Positions 41,513 to 51,586 of a stretch of 64,000 nt of DNA are shown here, piece by piece. Position numbers and translations under genes: made by a program. Source of the DNA: an uncultured Lachnospiraceae bacterium (GTDB taxonomy: Bacteria; Bacillota; Clostridia; Lachnospirales; Lachnospiraceae); contig CAJUPJ010000013.1 of the NCBI GenBank assembly GCA_910588655.1, positions 6,444 through 70,443 of the forward strand, in the 5' to 3' direction. Position 1 is the first letter of the stretch. Each line of letters starts with the position of its first letter. The notes beneath the pieces were generated by a model. That model was not told the DNA's origin. It saw only the letters and a list, made by a program, of their open reading frames with translations, and ran no database searches.

Positions 41513-41678
41513 TTAGCGCCAGTCCCTTACCCTGTATTTTAAGATATTGCCTGGAAGCAGTTTTTAAGGGTGACGAGGTAAAAGGTTATCGAAATTTCGG
41601 CGGATGCCTTTTCGTATTATTTGCATACGTCAGATACAGGCAAATACCTGGGCAACCAGGGAACAAATACTGTATCAG
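41513..41678 (+). ncRNA. glmS ribozyme (GlcN6P riboswitch)
   Basis: AGCGCC at 41515, TGACGAGG, GGTTATCGAAATTTCGGCGGATGCC core, directly upstream of glmS. Confidence 0.93.
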
Positions 41679-41734
41679 CAAAGGAACACTTTAATATAAT
41701 AATATAGGCAAATAATGCAGAAATGAGGTAAATT

Positions 41735-43555
41735 ATGTGTGGAATTATTGGATTTACAGGTAATATCAATGCAAAAGATGTGCTTTTGCAGGGACTTAAA
41801 GCACTTGAATACCGTGGTTATGACAGTGCAGGGATTTCTTATTTTACAGAGAACGGCATAAGGACAATTAAAGCTGTTGGAAAGGTTTCAGGTCTTGCAG
41901 ATAAGGTTGCTTCTGCTTCTTCTGATACAGCAAAGTGTGGTATAGGGCACACAAGATGGGCTACACACGGAGGAGTTTCTGAAACTAACTGCCATCCACA
42001 CCGTTTTGGCAAAGTAACCCTTATCCACAACGGGATTATTGAAAATTATAAGGAACTACAGGATGAACTTGCAAAGGAAGGCAAAGAGCCAGTATCCCAG
42101 ACAGACTCTGAAATTGCTGCTATGGTTATTGACTCATGTTATAAGAACAATCCTGTAAGGGCAATTAAAAAAGCTGTTAAAAAGCTGCATGGTGCATATG
42201 CTTTTTGTATTATGTTTGAAGACCATCCTGGAAGCATTTATGCAATAAGGAACGGAAGCCCGCTTGTTGCTACTGCTACAAAGGAGGGTGCTATTATTGC
42301 ATCAGACATGGTTGCACTTATAAAATATTCCAAAGATTATTTTGTACTGCCAGAACACCATATAGCACACCTTACCGCAAAGAGCATTAATATTACAGAC
42401 CTTGACCAGAACGAAATTGAACCAGATATGCTTCATGTAAACTGGGATATGGCGGCAGCAAGAAAAGGCGGCTATGAGTATTTTATGCTTAAAGAAATAC
42501 ATGAGCAGCCAGAATCACTGCACAATACAATATCCCCAAGAATAAAAGACGGACTGCCTGATTTCTCAGCAGATAACATACCTGACAGCCTTTTTACAGA
42601 TATTAACAGGATAGTTATTACAGCCTGTGGAACAGCAATGCATGCAGGGCTTATTGGAAAGAACATGATAGAAAGGTTTTCAAGAATTCCTGTTACTGTT
42701 GATATTGCATCAGAATTCCGCTACCAGAACCCTATACTTGACAGCAGTACACTTGTTATTACTATATCACAGTCAGGTGAAACCGCAGACACCCTTGCAG
42801 CTTTGAGGCTGGCAAAGGAAAATGGCGCAAAAACCCTGTCAATAGTAAATGTTAAAGGCTCTTCTATTGCACGTGAAAGTGATTATGTGCTTTATACACA
42901 TGCTGGCCCGGAAATAGCTGTTGCAAGCACTAAGGCGTATACTGTACAGCTTGCCGCAGTATACCTGGTTTCATTCAGGTTTGCACTTGCCAAAGGGACA
43001 CTAACAGAGGACGAAACCAGGAAACTGGCAGCCACACTTCTTGAAATGCCTTCATTTGTAGAAAATATGCTTTCTTGTGACAAGGCAATAGAACCTATAA
43101 GCAATAAACTTAAAAAGACAAAAAGCCTGTTCTTTATTGGGCGCGGGCTTGACTATGCACTTTCATGTGAAGGCTCAATCAAGTTAAAAGAAGTAAGTTA
43201 TATACATTCAGAAGCTTATGCAGCAGGCGAACTTAAACATGGCACTATTTCCCTTATTACAGATAATGTGCCAGTAATTGCACTTGCTACACAGGAAAAC
43301 GTATTTGCTAAAATGATTTCAAATATCCGTGAGGTACGTTCACGTGGTGCAAAAGTTATAATGGTTGCAGGCACTGGCGCACAGGTTGACGCATCACTTT
43401 GTGACCACCTTATTACCCTTCCGCCAGTAAATGATTTATTTGCCCCATTTGGAGCTGCTATAGTGTTACAATATATTGCATATTATACTGCAACTGCAAG
43501 AGGGCTTAACGTAGACCAGCCAAGAAACCTGGCAAAATCAGTAACGGTTGAATAA
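41735..43555 (+). CDS. glmS: Glutamine-fructose-6-phosphate transaminase
   Basis: MCGIIG, GHTRWATHG, SQSGETADT, PRNLAKSVTVE. Confidence 0.98.
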   Translation: MCGIIGFTGNINAKDVLLQGLKALEYRGYDSAGISYFTENGIRTIKAVGKVSGLADKVASASSDTAKCGIGHTRWATHGGVSETNCHPHRFGKVTLIHNGIIENYKELQDELAKEGKEPVSQTDSEIAAMVIDSCYKNNPVRAIKKAVKKLHGAYAFCIMFEDHPGSIYAIRNGSPLVATATKEGAIIASDMVALIKYSKDYFVLPEHHIAHLTAKSINITDLDQNEIEPDMLHVNWDMAAARKGGYEYFMLKEIHEQPESLHNTISPRIKDGLPDFSADNIPDSLFTDINRIVITACGTAMHAGLIGKNMIERFSRIPVTVDIASEFRYQNPILDSSTLVITISQSGETADTLAALRLAKENGAKTLSIVNVKGSSIARESDYVLYTHAGPEIAVASTKAYTVQLAAVYLVSFRFALAKGTLTEDETRKLAATLLEMPSFVENMLSCDKAIEPISNKLKKTKSLFFIGRGLDYALSCEGSIKLKEVSYIHSEAYAAGELKHGTISLITDNVPVIALATQENVFAKMISNIREVRSRGAKVIMVAGTGAQVDASLCDHLITLPPVNDLFAPFGAAIVLQYIAYYTATARGLNVDQPRNLAKSVTVE

Positions 43556-43611
43556 AAACACAGATATGTTGCAGGCATTACATTAAAAAACCTGGCTTTT
43601 GCCAGGACAGT

Positions 43612-43642
43612 AAAATCCCCCGCTTTTAAACGGGGGATTTTT
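43612..43642. terminator. Rho-independent terminator between glmS and spoIVA
   Basis: aaaatcccccg...cgggggattttt. Confidence 0.8.
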
Positions 43643-43679
43643 TATGTAATCTATTTTTATGTGTTTATTTTTTATTATC

Positions 43680-45158
43680 TTAAATTATTATGCACACAAG
43701 CCCGCCATTGCTGTCATTTATAACTTTCTGTATAGTTTCCTGGAGTTTGAGCTGGCTCTCATCAGTAAGTTTGCCTACCTTGCTTTCCATACCCTCTTCA
43801 ACAAGCTGGCGCACTGTTTTGCCAAATATATTAGTATCCCATATCCCCCCGTCCCCGCTTTCAGAATTTTGTCCTGAAATATATTCTATCAGGTCTTCTG
43901 CCTGCTGCTGTGTGCCAACTATAGGTGCAATTTCCGTTTCAATATTTGCCTGGATAAGATGGACTGACGGGCTTGTTGCTTTAAGTTTGACACCATATTT
44001 ACTGCCATGCCTTATAAGTTCAGGCTGGTCTATTGTAATCTCATCCACTGAAGGCGTTATTACCCCATAGCCTTTCCTGTGGACTTCATTCCATGCATCA
44101 CTTATTTTGCCTATTTCATTCTTTTTGGCAGCATATTCTTTCAGCAGGTGGATAAGCTGGTACTCCCCTTCCACTGGCACACCTACAAGTTCACTTAATA
44201 CCTGGTAATACCTGCTGTCATCGAAGACAACTGATATTTTCACCCTGCCATTTTCCATTCCAATATGTTCAATTCTGAATTCTTTTATGTATTCACTTTC
44301 AGAAGCAAAATTATCAGATGTAATATCATTTATAACAGAAATTTTAGCCAGAATTCCACGTACATTGTCTATAAGCTCCTTTTTAAGCCAGTGGGAAGGT
44401 TTAAGCATTTCAACCCATTTTGGCATATGGAATTCTACCTGGCTTACAGGGAATGATGCGAGAAGTTTTTCCATAATTTTTTGTACGTCCTCCATCCGGA
44501 GCTGGTTACAGTTAAGCGCTGTTGCCTGCACCTGGTATTTATTATTAATGCTTTTTACAGTTTCCTGTGCTTCCTCACTAAATGGCTTTGATGAATTTAC
44601 TATTACAATAAATGGCTTGCCTATGGCTTTAAGCTCCTGGATAGTCCTTTCTTCTGGCTCATAATACGCCTCCCTTGGTATATCCCCAAAGCTTCCGTCT
44701 GTAGTTACAACTATACCTATAGTTGAATGGTCATGTATTACTTTACGCGTGCCAAGTTCTGCTGCCTGTGTAAAAGGCATAGGTTTGTCAGACCACGGTG
44801 TCATGACCATCCGCTCCCCATCACCTTCTTCAAGCCCGCCTGCACCCTTTACAATATATCCTACACAATCTATAAGCCTCACTTTTACCTGGTTATCGCC
44901 ATAAAGGGTTATTGACGCCGCCTCCTTTGGTATGAACTTAGGCTCTGTAGTCATAATTGTCTTGCCAGCGGCTGACTGCGGCAGTTCGTCAACTGCCCTT
45001 TCTTTGTCATGTTCATCCTTAATTTCTGGCAGTACAAGCAGTTCCATAAATCTTTTAATAAATGTAGATTTGCCGGTTCTTACAGGACCACATACACCTA
45101 GATAAAATTCACCATTTGTACGCTCTGCAATATCCTTATATACCTGAAATCCGTTCAT
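43680..45158 (-). CDS. spoIVA: Stage IV sporulation protein A
   Basis: DIAERTNGEFYLGVCGPVRTGKSTFIKRF, MTTEPKFIP, C-terminal GGLVCIII. Confidence 0.97.
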   Translation of the reverse strand: MNGFQVYKDIAERTNGEFYLGVCGPVRTGKSTFIKRFMELLVLPEIKDEHDKERAVDELPQSAAGKTIMTTEPKFIPKEAASITLYGDNQVKVRLIDCVGYIVKGAGGLEEGDGERMVMTPWSDKPMPFTQAAELGTRKVIHDHSTIGIVVTTDGSFGDIPREAYYEPEERTIQELKAIGKPFIVIVNSSKPFSEEAQETVKSINNKYQVQATALNCNQLRMEDVQKIMEKLLASFPVSQVEFHMPKWVEMLKPSHWLKKELIDNVRGILAKISVINDITSDNFASESEYIKEFRIEHIGMENGRVKISVVFDDSRYYQVLSELVGVPVEGEYQLIHLLKEYAAKKNEIGKISDAWNEVHRKGYGVITPSVDEITIDQPELIRHGSKYGVKLKATSPSVHLIQANIETEIAPIVGTQQQAEDLIEYISGQNSESGDGGIWDTNIFGKTVRQLVEEGMESKVGKLTDESQLKLQETIQKVINDSNGGLVCIII

Positions 45159-45260
45159 ATGCTCCTCCAATCTCCGGACATCTTTTATCCTGCCATCTGA
45201 ACAAAGAGTGCCTAAAGCACCACCCATTTGTCTTCAATGCACACCTTTATCCGGTTTATC

Positions 45261-45291
45261 TATCTATATGAAATTTCCAGGCATATTAGAA
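45261..45291 (-). promoter_or_regulatory. Possible sigma-E promoter for spoIVA
   Basis: Minus strand tctaata...CATATAGAT resembles the sigma-E -35/-10; spoIVA is sigma-E dependent in known sporulators. Confidence 0.4.
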
Positions 45292-45301
45292 CAAATTAAT
45301 T

Positions 45302-46750
45302 TTAAATATTAGAGAACCTGAATAAAAAGCTTGTCCCCTCCCCTTCCCTGCTTATACATTTTATTTCTACATTATGCCTCTGTGCAATCTGTTTTGCAAT
45401 AGAAAGCCCAAGCCCGCTTCCAGTCCTGTTCTGTCCGGACTGCTCTTTATAAAACCTGTCAAATATATATGGAAGGTATTCCTCTGGTATGCCTTTCCCG
45501 CAGTCTGATATTATAACTTCACAGCCATCCTGGTTTTCCTGCATTTTAACATCCACAGCCTGCCCTGGTCCTGAAAACTTTATTGCATTATCCAGTACAA
45601 TTGTAAACATCTGTCTGAGCCTTCCATAATCCCCATAAAACGGAAATACAAATCCATCCCCTGCATTTATAACAATATCTTTGCTTACTGCCGCCTGGCG
45701 CATTGAACGTACAGCCTCAAAAAGCACATCTGCCAGGTTAATTTTTGTTTTTTCTATCTTAAAGCCTGTATTCTGTAAGCGTGAAAGCTCCAGTAAATCA
45801 TTAACAAGCCTTTGCAGCTGGGATACATCTGCAAGCATCTGGTGGAAATACTCCTTCATTTCCTCCTGCCCTGTTACAAGCCCTTCATCCAGCACTTCAA
45901 GTGAACCTTTAATAACAGTAACAGGCGTCCTTAATTCATGGGAAATATTTGAAATAAAATCCTGGCGCATCTGGTCAAGTTCTTTTCTCTCTGCCTCTGC
46001 CTCAGAAAGCCTTACTGAAAGCTCATCAATATTGTGTGCCAGCACCCCTGTTTCATCATTCTGTAAAATACCAGTTTTAGCCTGGTAATTACCTTTTATA
46101 ATCTGCCCTGTCACATTATACATTACCTGTAATGGTTTTATAAAGCGGCGTGCAAGAAGTACAGAAAGCAGGACAGCAAATACCAGTGCAGCCAGGATGC
46201 AGAATACCAGTATAAAAATCCCGTCATGCTGTGCCTGTTCCATGCCTTTTATAGAACTGTGGAGCAGAAGTACAGCAAATATATTCCCTTCCCCGTCCCT
46301 TACAGGCACTCCTGTTGTTACAGAAGTTATTCCTGGCATTATATTTGAATACTGCACACACTCTGCTTCTTCCTGGAATACTTTATATACTATCTGTTCT
46401 GCCCCATCTGGCAGTTTCCCGTCTGAAAATGAACTGCCTTTATGCCCTGTCTCAATATTTTGTAAATCTTTATCTAAAAGCCACACATTGCTCATAGCAA
46501 TTTCATCTATAAATCTTAAATACGCGCCATAACCGCCACCCATGCCACGTCCACGTCCATAATTCCCGCCCTGGTAGAACTCTGATAATGTGCCAGCAAT
46601 GGAAAATGCCCTTTCTTTTAGTTCCTGTTTATGCAGGCTGGCAGTATGCCATGTAAACAATGCCTGGAACAGAATTCCAACAATAAGTGAAAAAACTAAC
46701 AAAACAGCAGAAAAATATCCAACCAGCCTTTTAGTAATTTTATACTTCAT
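45302..46750 (-). CDS. HAMP sensor histidine kinase
   Basis: ISHELRTP, DNAIKFS, GSGLGLSIA. Confidence 0.93.
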   Translation of the reverse strand: MKYKITKRLVGYFSAVLLVFSLIVGILFQALFTWHTASLHKQELKERAFSIAGTLSEFYQGGNYGRGRGMGGGYGAYLRFIDEIAMSNVWLLDKDLQNIETGHKGSSFSDGKLPDGAEQIVYKVFQEEAECVQYSNIMPGITSVTTGVPVRDGEGNIFAVLLLHSSIKGMEQAQHDGIFILVFCILAALVFAVLLSVLLARRFIKPLQVMYNVTGQIIKGNYQAKTGILQNDETGVLAHNIDELSVRLSEAEAERKELDQMRQDFISNISHELRTPVTVIKGSLEVLDEGLVTGQEEMKEYFHQMLADVSQLQRLVNDLLELSRLQNTGFKIEKTKINLADVLFEAVRSMRQAAVSKDIVINAGDGFVFPFYGDYGRLRQMFTIVLDNAIKFSGPGQAVDVKMQENQDGCEVIISDCGKGIPEEYLPYIFDRFYKEQSGQNRTGSGLGLSIAKQIAQRHNVEIKCISREGEGTSFLFRFSNI

Positions 46751-47435
46751 TTGGTTTCCCCTCAAATTTATATCCCATGCCCCATATAGTCTTAATCTGC
46801 CATTCCGGGTGCGGGACAGCGTCCAGTTTGGCACGCAGCCTTTTAATATGGCTGTCTACTGTGCGGTTATCACCATAATAATCATATCCCCATATACTGT
46901 TTAACAGGTTATCCCTTGAAAATATCCTTTCCTTGTTCTCTAATAAAAGCCACAGTATTTCCAGTTCCTTTTTAGTTAGTATTACCTGTGTCCCGCCAAC
47001 AGAAACAAACCCGCTTTCAAGACATACAGAAAGATTATCATATGAAAGTGTTTCAAGCCTGTCCTGTGGTGCACGTTCAAGCCGTCTTAAAACAGCCCTT
47101 ACACGTGCCATTACCTCACCACCTGAAAACGGCTTTACAATATAATCATCTGCACCAATATCCAGTCCCATAATACGCTCAAAATCTTCTCCTCTTGCCG
47201 TTATCATAATAATTGGCACATTTGATGTTTTACGTATCTCCCTGCATACCTCAAAGCCATCTTTCTTTGGCATCATTACATCCAGTAAAATTATTTCAAA
47301 CTGTTCCTGCCTGGAATACTGTACTGCCTCTTCACCATCATGTGCAGTTAGAGGCTCAAACCCTTCTTTCCTGGCAAATTCACTTAATATTTTAGTGATT
47401 TGCAAATTATCATCTGCAATTAAAATCTTACCCAT
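46740..47435 (-). CDS. OmpR-family response regulator
   Basis: LLDVMMP, GADDYIVKPF, RTVDSHIKRLR, TIWGMGY. Confidence 0.95.
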   Translation of the reverse strand: MGKILIADDNLQITKILSEFARKEGFEPLTAHDGEEAVQYSRQEQFEIILLDVMMPKKDGFEVCREIRKTSNVPIIMITARGEDFERIMGLDIGADDYIVKPFSGGEVMARVRAVLRRLERAPQDRLETLSYDNLSVCLESGFVSVGGTQVILTKKELEILWLLLENKERIFSRDNLLNSIWGYDYYGDNRTVDSHIKRLRAKLDAVPHPEWQIKTIWGMGYKFEGKPNEV

Positions 47436-47518
47436 AACCAATCCCCCAATCCATAAACAAAAGTGTTCCACCCTGTTATTTTATCATAAAAGCGTTCACA
47501 AAAAAACACAATTCCGTC

Positions 47519-47533
47519 ATAACTGGAAATTAT
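47519..47533. repeat. Solitary perfect S site ATAACTGGAAATTAT
   Basis: Exact match to the element junction 15-mer, with no flanking module. Confidence 0.6.
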
Positions 47534-47573
47534 TGTATAGGTACAATAAAAACAAACCAAGGAGGTAAACATT

Positions 47574-48002
47574 ATGAAAAAACCAAAATTTATTGCATTT
47601 TTACTTGCAGCACTTCTTATTACACTTTCTTTCCCATCTTTTACCCAGGCGGCTGCCAGTGAAACACCAGCAAGCATTGTAGCACGCCTTACTGGAAGGA
47701 CTGTAGAAGATGTAATACGTGAAAAAATGGAAACTGGAAAAACTTATGGAACTATTGCTAAAGAGAATGGCAAATTAAAAGAATTCCAGAAAGAATGTCT
47801 TGGCCTTAAGGAAAAAGTCCTGAAGAAAGATGTGGAAAATGGCTATCTTTCACAAAAAGAAGCAGATAAAATCCTTGCTTCAATAAAAGCAAACCAGGAA
47901 ACCTGTAACGGGACTGGCAACGGCAGCTGTGGCTATGGCAGAGGTTATGGCAACGGCAAAGGACTTGGATTTTGTAATAACTACTGTATTTATAACAGTT
48001 AA
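47574..48002 (+). CDS. Secreted DUF2680-like protein
   Basis: Signal peptide, TPASIVARLTG..GKTYGTIA, Gly/Cys-rich tail. Confidence 0.65.
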   Translation: MKKPKFIAFLLAALLITLSFPSFTQAAASETPASIVARLTGRTVEDVIREKMETGKTYGTIAKENGKLKEFQKECLGLKEKVLKKDVENGYLSQKEADKILASIKANQETCNGTGNGSCGYGRGYGNGKGLGFCNNYCIYNS

Positions 48003-48103
48003 TTCTTCTTTGTAACAAACTAACAAACCCAAAAAATCCCTGCAAGGCATAATATATAATACCTTGCAGGGATTTTTAATATTCCTGTCATATAAAGAAC
48101 TGC

Positions 48104-51100
48104 TTATCGTTTTATTATGGTTTTCTTTGTTGAAGACCATTTAGAAAATACTTTTACCTCTTTACCATTGGATTTGACATTTTTATAGGTACGTATCCTT
48201 ACATAATAATATTTCCTTTTTGGTTTATTTATACTTACCGTCCTAGAAGTAGTTTTTCTCTTTTTTATATTAACTTTCTTTACAGTTCCCTTTTTAAATT
48301 TCTTGTCTGTTGAATACTGTATCTGGTAGCCTGTTACATATTTTTTTGCCCTTTTCCATTTTACAATAAAACCATTTTTACGTGGCCTTATTACACCTAT
48401 ACGCTTTATTCCTTCTGGAATTATTTTATATGTTTTTTCTACTCCGCCACTATATTGTCCGGTAAAATTAATTTTAATCTTATAAATACCAGGTTCTTTC
48501 ATTCCATCTGCCCATAAAACCGTATAATCTGTGCCATTGGCAAGCAGCTTTTTGCTGCTGTCTTTTATGGTTATGCCAGGCTGCTGCTTTTTATTATTGT
48601 ATACGCTTTTATTACTGGATAATTTAACAGATTTTACCGCATTAATTACCGTTTCATTTAAAACCTTGTTACACTTTGTACAACTGGTTACAATACTTCC
48701 GTCTTTGCCATACGCCGCTTTTGTAATTACCTGCTCTTCTGTATGCCCTGTTGCTGGCACTTTTATATTTGTATTTATAATATCTCCACATATGCTGCAC
48801 TCTGTATGTCCAACGCCATCTGGCACACATCCAGGTGCATGCTCACAATCACCAGTATAAAGCACTTCCGGATTTTCCACACATTTGTCCCTTGTAACTG
48901 TTATCTTTAAGGATGTGCTTGCATAATCCACTGCATCCGTGGCAGTATAATTGGCAGTAACATTTACAGAACCGCCGGCAGGGATTGCTTTCTGCCTGTC
49001 TTCTTCTGCCCATTCCCATCCATCTGGAAGGGAAACCTGGTAAACAGTTTTTATATTATTAGCAGCATTTATCTTTCCTTTAAATATATCTTCTGTGTTT
49101 TCTTCACCCGCTGGCCATGTTTTCTTAAATACAGCAGTAAGTGTTATATCCCTTTCTGCTGTAAATATGTACTTTGCATCTTTGCTTACAGCTTTGCCGC
49201 CTTCTGTCCAGCCTGTAAATACATATCCTTTGCCAGGAACTGCTTCCACTGTTACGCTGCTGCCTTTCTGTGCCTCTGTATTCCCAGTAACAGTGCCACC
49301 CTCTGCCGGGCTTGCTGTTACAGCTATTTTACAGATATTTGCAACTGGAACTGCATAAGGAGGAAATGCAACAGGCGGTACTGGTTTCTGGGTACTGCCA
49401 GGTGACGGCTGCACTGGCCCTCCTGATGGCACTGAAGGTTCTGACGGTTCTGATGGTTCTGATGGAACAGAAGGTATCTTGCCATAAACTGCTTCTATTG
49501 ACACATCATAACCAGGCATAATAAAACTGTCCCCTGTTAATTCCAGTATGCCAGGTGTTACCCTCCATTCCTTAAACTCCATGCCTTCTGCAGCAGGCTT
49601 TTTTACAAGCTGCACATTGCTTCCTTCGCTGTAGTATTTTTCTGTTACATTGCCATTCTGGTTTACTGTAACCTTATAAAGCTGTTCATATATGGATTCT
49701 ACTGTAACCGCACTTGCTGGCATTTTAAACTTATTATCAATTACTTGTACCACACCGTCAGGTGTTACCTTCCATTCTTTAAAAAGTTTGTCTTCACCTG
49801 CATCCTCTGGCACAAGTTCCACATCACTGTCCTGTTTATAATATTCTGGCGGAGCTATGCCTCCAGGCTGTTTCACCAGCAGTTTATAAAAACGTTCAAA
49901 AATTGCTTCTATAGTAATATCCTCTGCTGGCATTGTAAACCAGGCATTATTTTTTATTACTGCTGCACCTGAAACTACCTGCCATTCCTTAAATCTCAGC
50001 TCATCTGTGTCCGCCTCCGGGCTAAATGTTACAACATCATTTTCTTTATAATGTTCTATAACTTCCTTGCCATTCTGTTTTATTGTAACAGCGTAAAGTT
50101 TTTCATTATTATTTGTATATAAATCTTCACCCTTCTGGATAAATCCTGTACCAGTACAGCTTACATTACTGCCCTCTGGCAGTACAAGCATACCATTATT
50201 AACAATGGAGTCCTCTTTCTCTGTCTGTACAGATGAACTGTCTGGCACATTCAGGGACACACCCTCTGGAATTGTTAAAACAGCATCCTGTGGTACAGTT
50301 AAAACCACATTTTTCGGCAATGACAAATCTTCTTCCAGCTCCACTGTGCCATATACCTTACCAGTACCGCCAGAAATAACAATGCTGTCCTCTATTTTTG
50401 AATTTTCATTATCCAGACCGAAAATTGCAGGGGCTTTACCAGCAGAAGCTGTAATAATCCCACCGGAAATATTTACTTTTTCACTTCTAGAATAAATTGC
50501 TGGATATGTTGAATTCTGGTCTATTGATACATTGACTTGTGGAGCTGTGCCTTCTCCATTAGAAATATTGACATTTTTACAGTAAAACCCTATCGTGCCA
50601 GCTTTACAGTCTATCTTTCCTCCAGAAATATTAACAGCCTGCATTTCAGCCTCATCCAGATAATCTTGAGAAATCCATATACCAACATATTCCGACTGTA
50701 TATTTACCTCACCACCTGAAATATTAACCACCTGGCTGCCGCCTTCTGATAAAGGCTTCTGTGTAAAGGCAGGAACATAAATACCTATATATGAATCAAT
50801 ATCCATCTTGCCGCCATTTATTTCAACAGGTCCGTAATCAGAATAAATTCCGCCACTAAGCTTTACACCTTCTGGTATCTTAAGACTGAAGCACCCATTC
50901 TCCATAATAAAGCCTGCATCAATTATGCAAAAACAAACTGATGAAGTAATAGTACCAGATTTTATTGTAATACTATTTCCACTAAAGGCATATGGTGAGT
51001 TATCCTCCGTAATTGGTTCTCTTGTCCTGGTTTCAAGGCTTCCTTCACCATCCTCACTTATTATCCAGTCCACTTTATCATACCCGGCATTGCCATCACT

Positions 51101-51463
51101 GGCAGCATTAGCAGTAATCATAGGACTAAATACCTGGCTTGTAGTTTCTAATATATTCCTGCCACGCAGTACAATATTTATATCCCCTTTTTGCGCTGTT
51201 ATATTATCAAAATAAAAAATCTCTGTTGCTTCTGACTGTATATAACAGTTTTCCAGTTCCAGCGTACCTCCCCCTGCCGGGTCTGGCGTCCACTTCCATC
51301 CCTCAGCCTCATTTCCTGACGCTTCATTCGTAAACACTAATTTTTCACTTTGTACACGTGTAGGCGTCATTGCACCTTCATTTTCTGCTGCCATTGCATT
51401 ACCTGGCAATGTACTTAAAACTAAAGCTATAGCAACAATAATGCTAAAAACTCTTTTAACCAT
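48104..51463 (-). CDS. Large secreted surface protein (beta-helix-like N-region, InlB-B/Flg_new-type repeats, PSE linker, Cys/His repeats, Fn3-like C-terminus)
   Basis: Signal peptide; repeated NISGG; repeated FKEW..F.MP..DVTIEA; C-terminal VKWK..TGYQIQYS..YYVRIRTY. Confidence 0.8.
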   Translation of the reverse strand: MVKRVFSIIVAIALVLSTLPGNAMAAENEGAMTPTRVQSEKLVFTNEASGNEAEGWKWTPDPAGGGTLELENCYIQSEATEIFYFDNITAQKGDINIVLRGRNILETTSQVFSPMITANAASDGNAGYDKVDWIISEDGEGSLETRTREPITEDNSPYAFSGNSITIKSGTITSSVCFCIIDAGFIMENGCFSLKIPEGVKLSGGIYSDYGPVEINGGKMDIDSYIGIYVPAFTQKPLSEGGSQVVNISGGEVNIQSEYVGIWISQDYLDEAEMQAVNISGGKIDCKAGTIGFYCKNVNISNGEGTAPQVNVSIDQNSTYPAIYSRSEKVNISGGIITASAGKAPAIFGLDNENSKIEDSIVISGGTGKVYGTVELEEDLSLPKNVVLTVPQDAVLTIPEGVSLNVPDSSSVQTEKEDSIVNNGMLVLPEGSNVSCTGTGFIQKGEDLYTNNNEKLYAVTIKQNGKEVIEHYKENDVVTFSPEADTDELRFKEWQVVSGAAVIKNNAWFTMPAEDITIEAIFERFYKLLVKQPGGIAPPEYYKQDSDVELVPEDAGEDKLFKEWKVTPDGVVQVIDNKFKMPASAVTVESIYEQLYKVTVNQNGNVTEKYYSEGSNVQLVKKPAAEGMEFKEWRVTPGILELTGDSFIMPGYDVSIEAVYGKIPSVPSEPSEPSEPSVPSGGPVQPSPGSTQKPVPPVAFPPYAVPVANICKIAVTASPAEGGTVTGNTEAQKGSSVTVEAVPGKGYVFTGWTEGGKAVSKDAKYIFTAERDITLTAVFKKTWPAGEENTEDIFKGKINAANNIKTVYQVSLPDGWEWAEEDRQKAIPAGGSVNVTANYTATDAVDYASTSLKITVTRDKCVENPEVLYTGDCEHAPGCVPDGVGHTECSICGDIINTNIKVPATGHTEEQVITKAAYGKDGSIVTSCTKCNKVLNETVINAVKSVKLSSNKSVYNNKKQQPGITIKDSSKKLLANGTDYTVLWADGMKEPGIYKIKINFTGQYSGGVEKTYKIIPEGIKRIGVIRPRKNGFIVKWKRAKKYVTGYQIQYSTDKKFKKGTVKKVNIKKRKTTSRTVSINKPKRKYYYVRIRTYKNVKSNGKEVKVFSKWSSTKKTIIKR

Positions 51464-51548
51464 GTTTATTCCTCCCATTTAATTTATTAATATTTTAATA
51501 CCATGCTTTACATAATATTGTTAAAAGAGGATATTAGCAATACAGATA

Positions 51549-51578
51549 ACCCAAGCGGACAAAAATTGACCCAAGTGG
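51549..51578. promoter_or_regulatory. Candidate LytTR direct-repeat operator
   Basis: acccaagcgg-N10-acccaagtgg upstream of the surface protein gene, divergent from a LytTR regulator. Confidence 0.5.
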
Positions 51579-51586
51579 TTAATTGG

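Noticed and set aside
41422..41694. 90-aa ORF upstream of glmS
   Set aside because: It begins in the -35 hexamer and spans the glmS ribozyme.
45272..45280. aatttccag partial S match upstream of spoIVA
   Set aside because: Only 9 bp, lacks the TTAT arm, and lies in a probable promoter spacer; compatible with chance.
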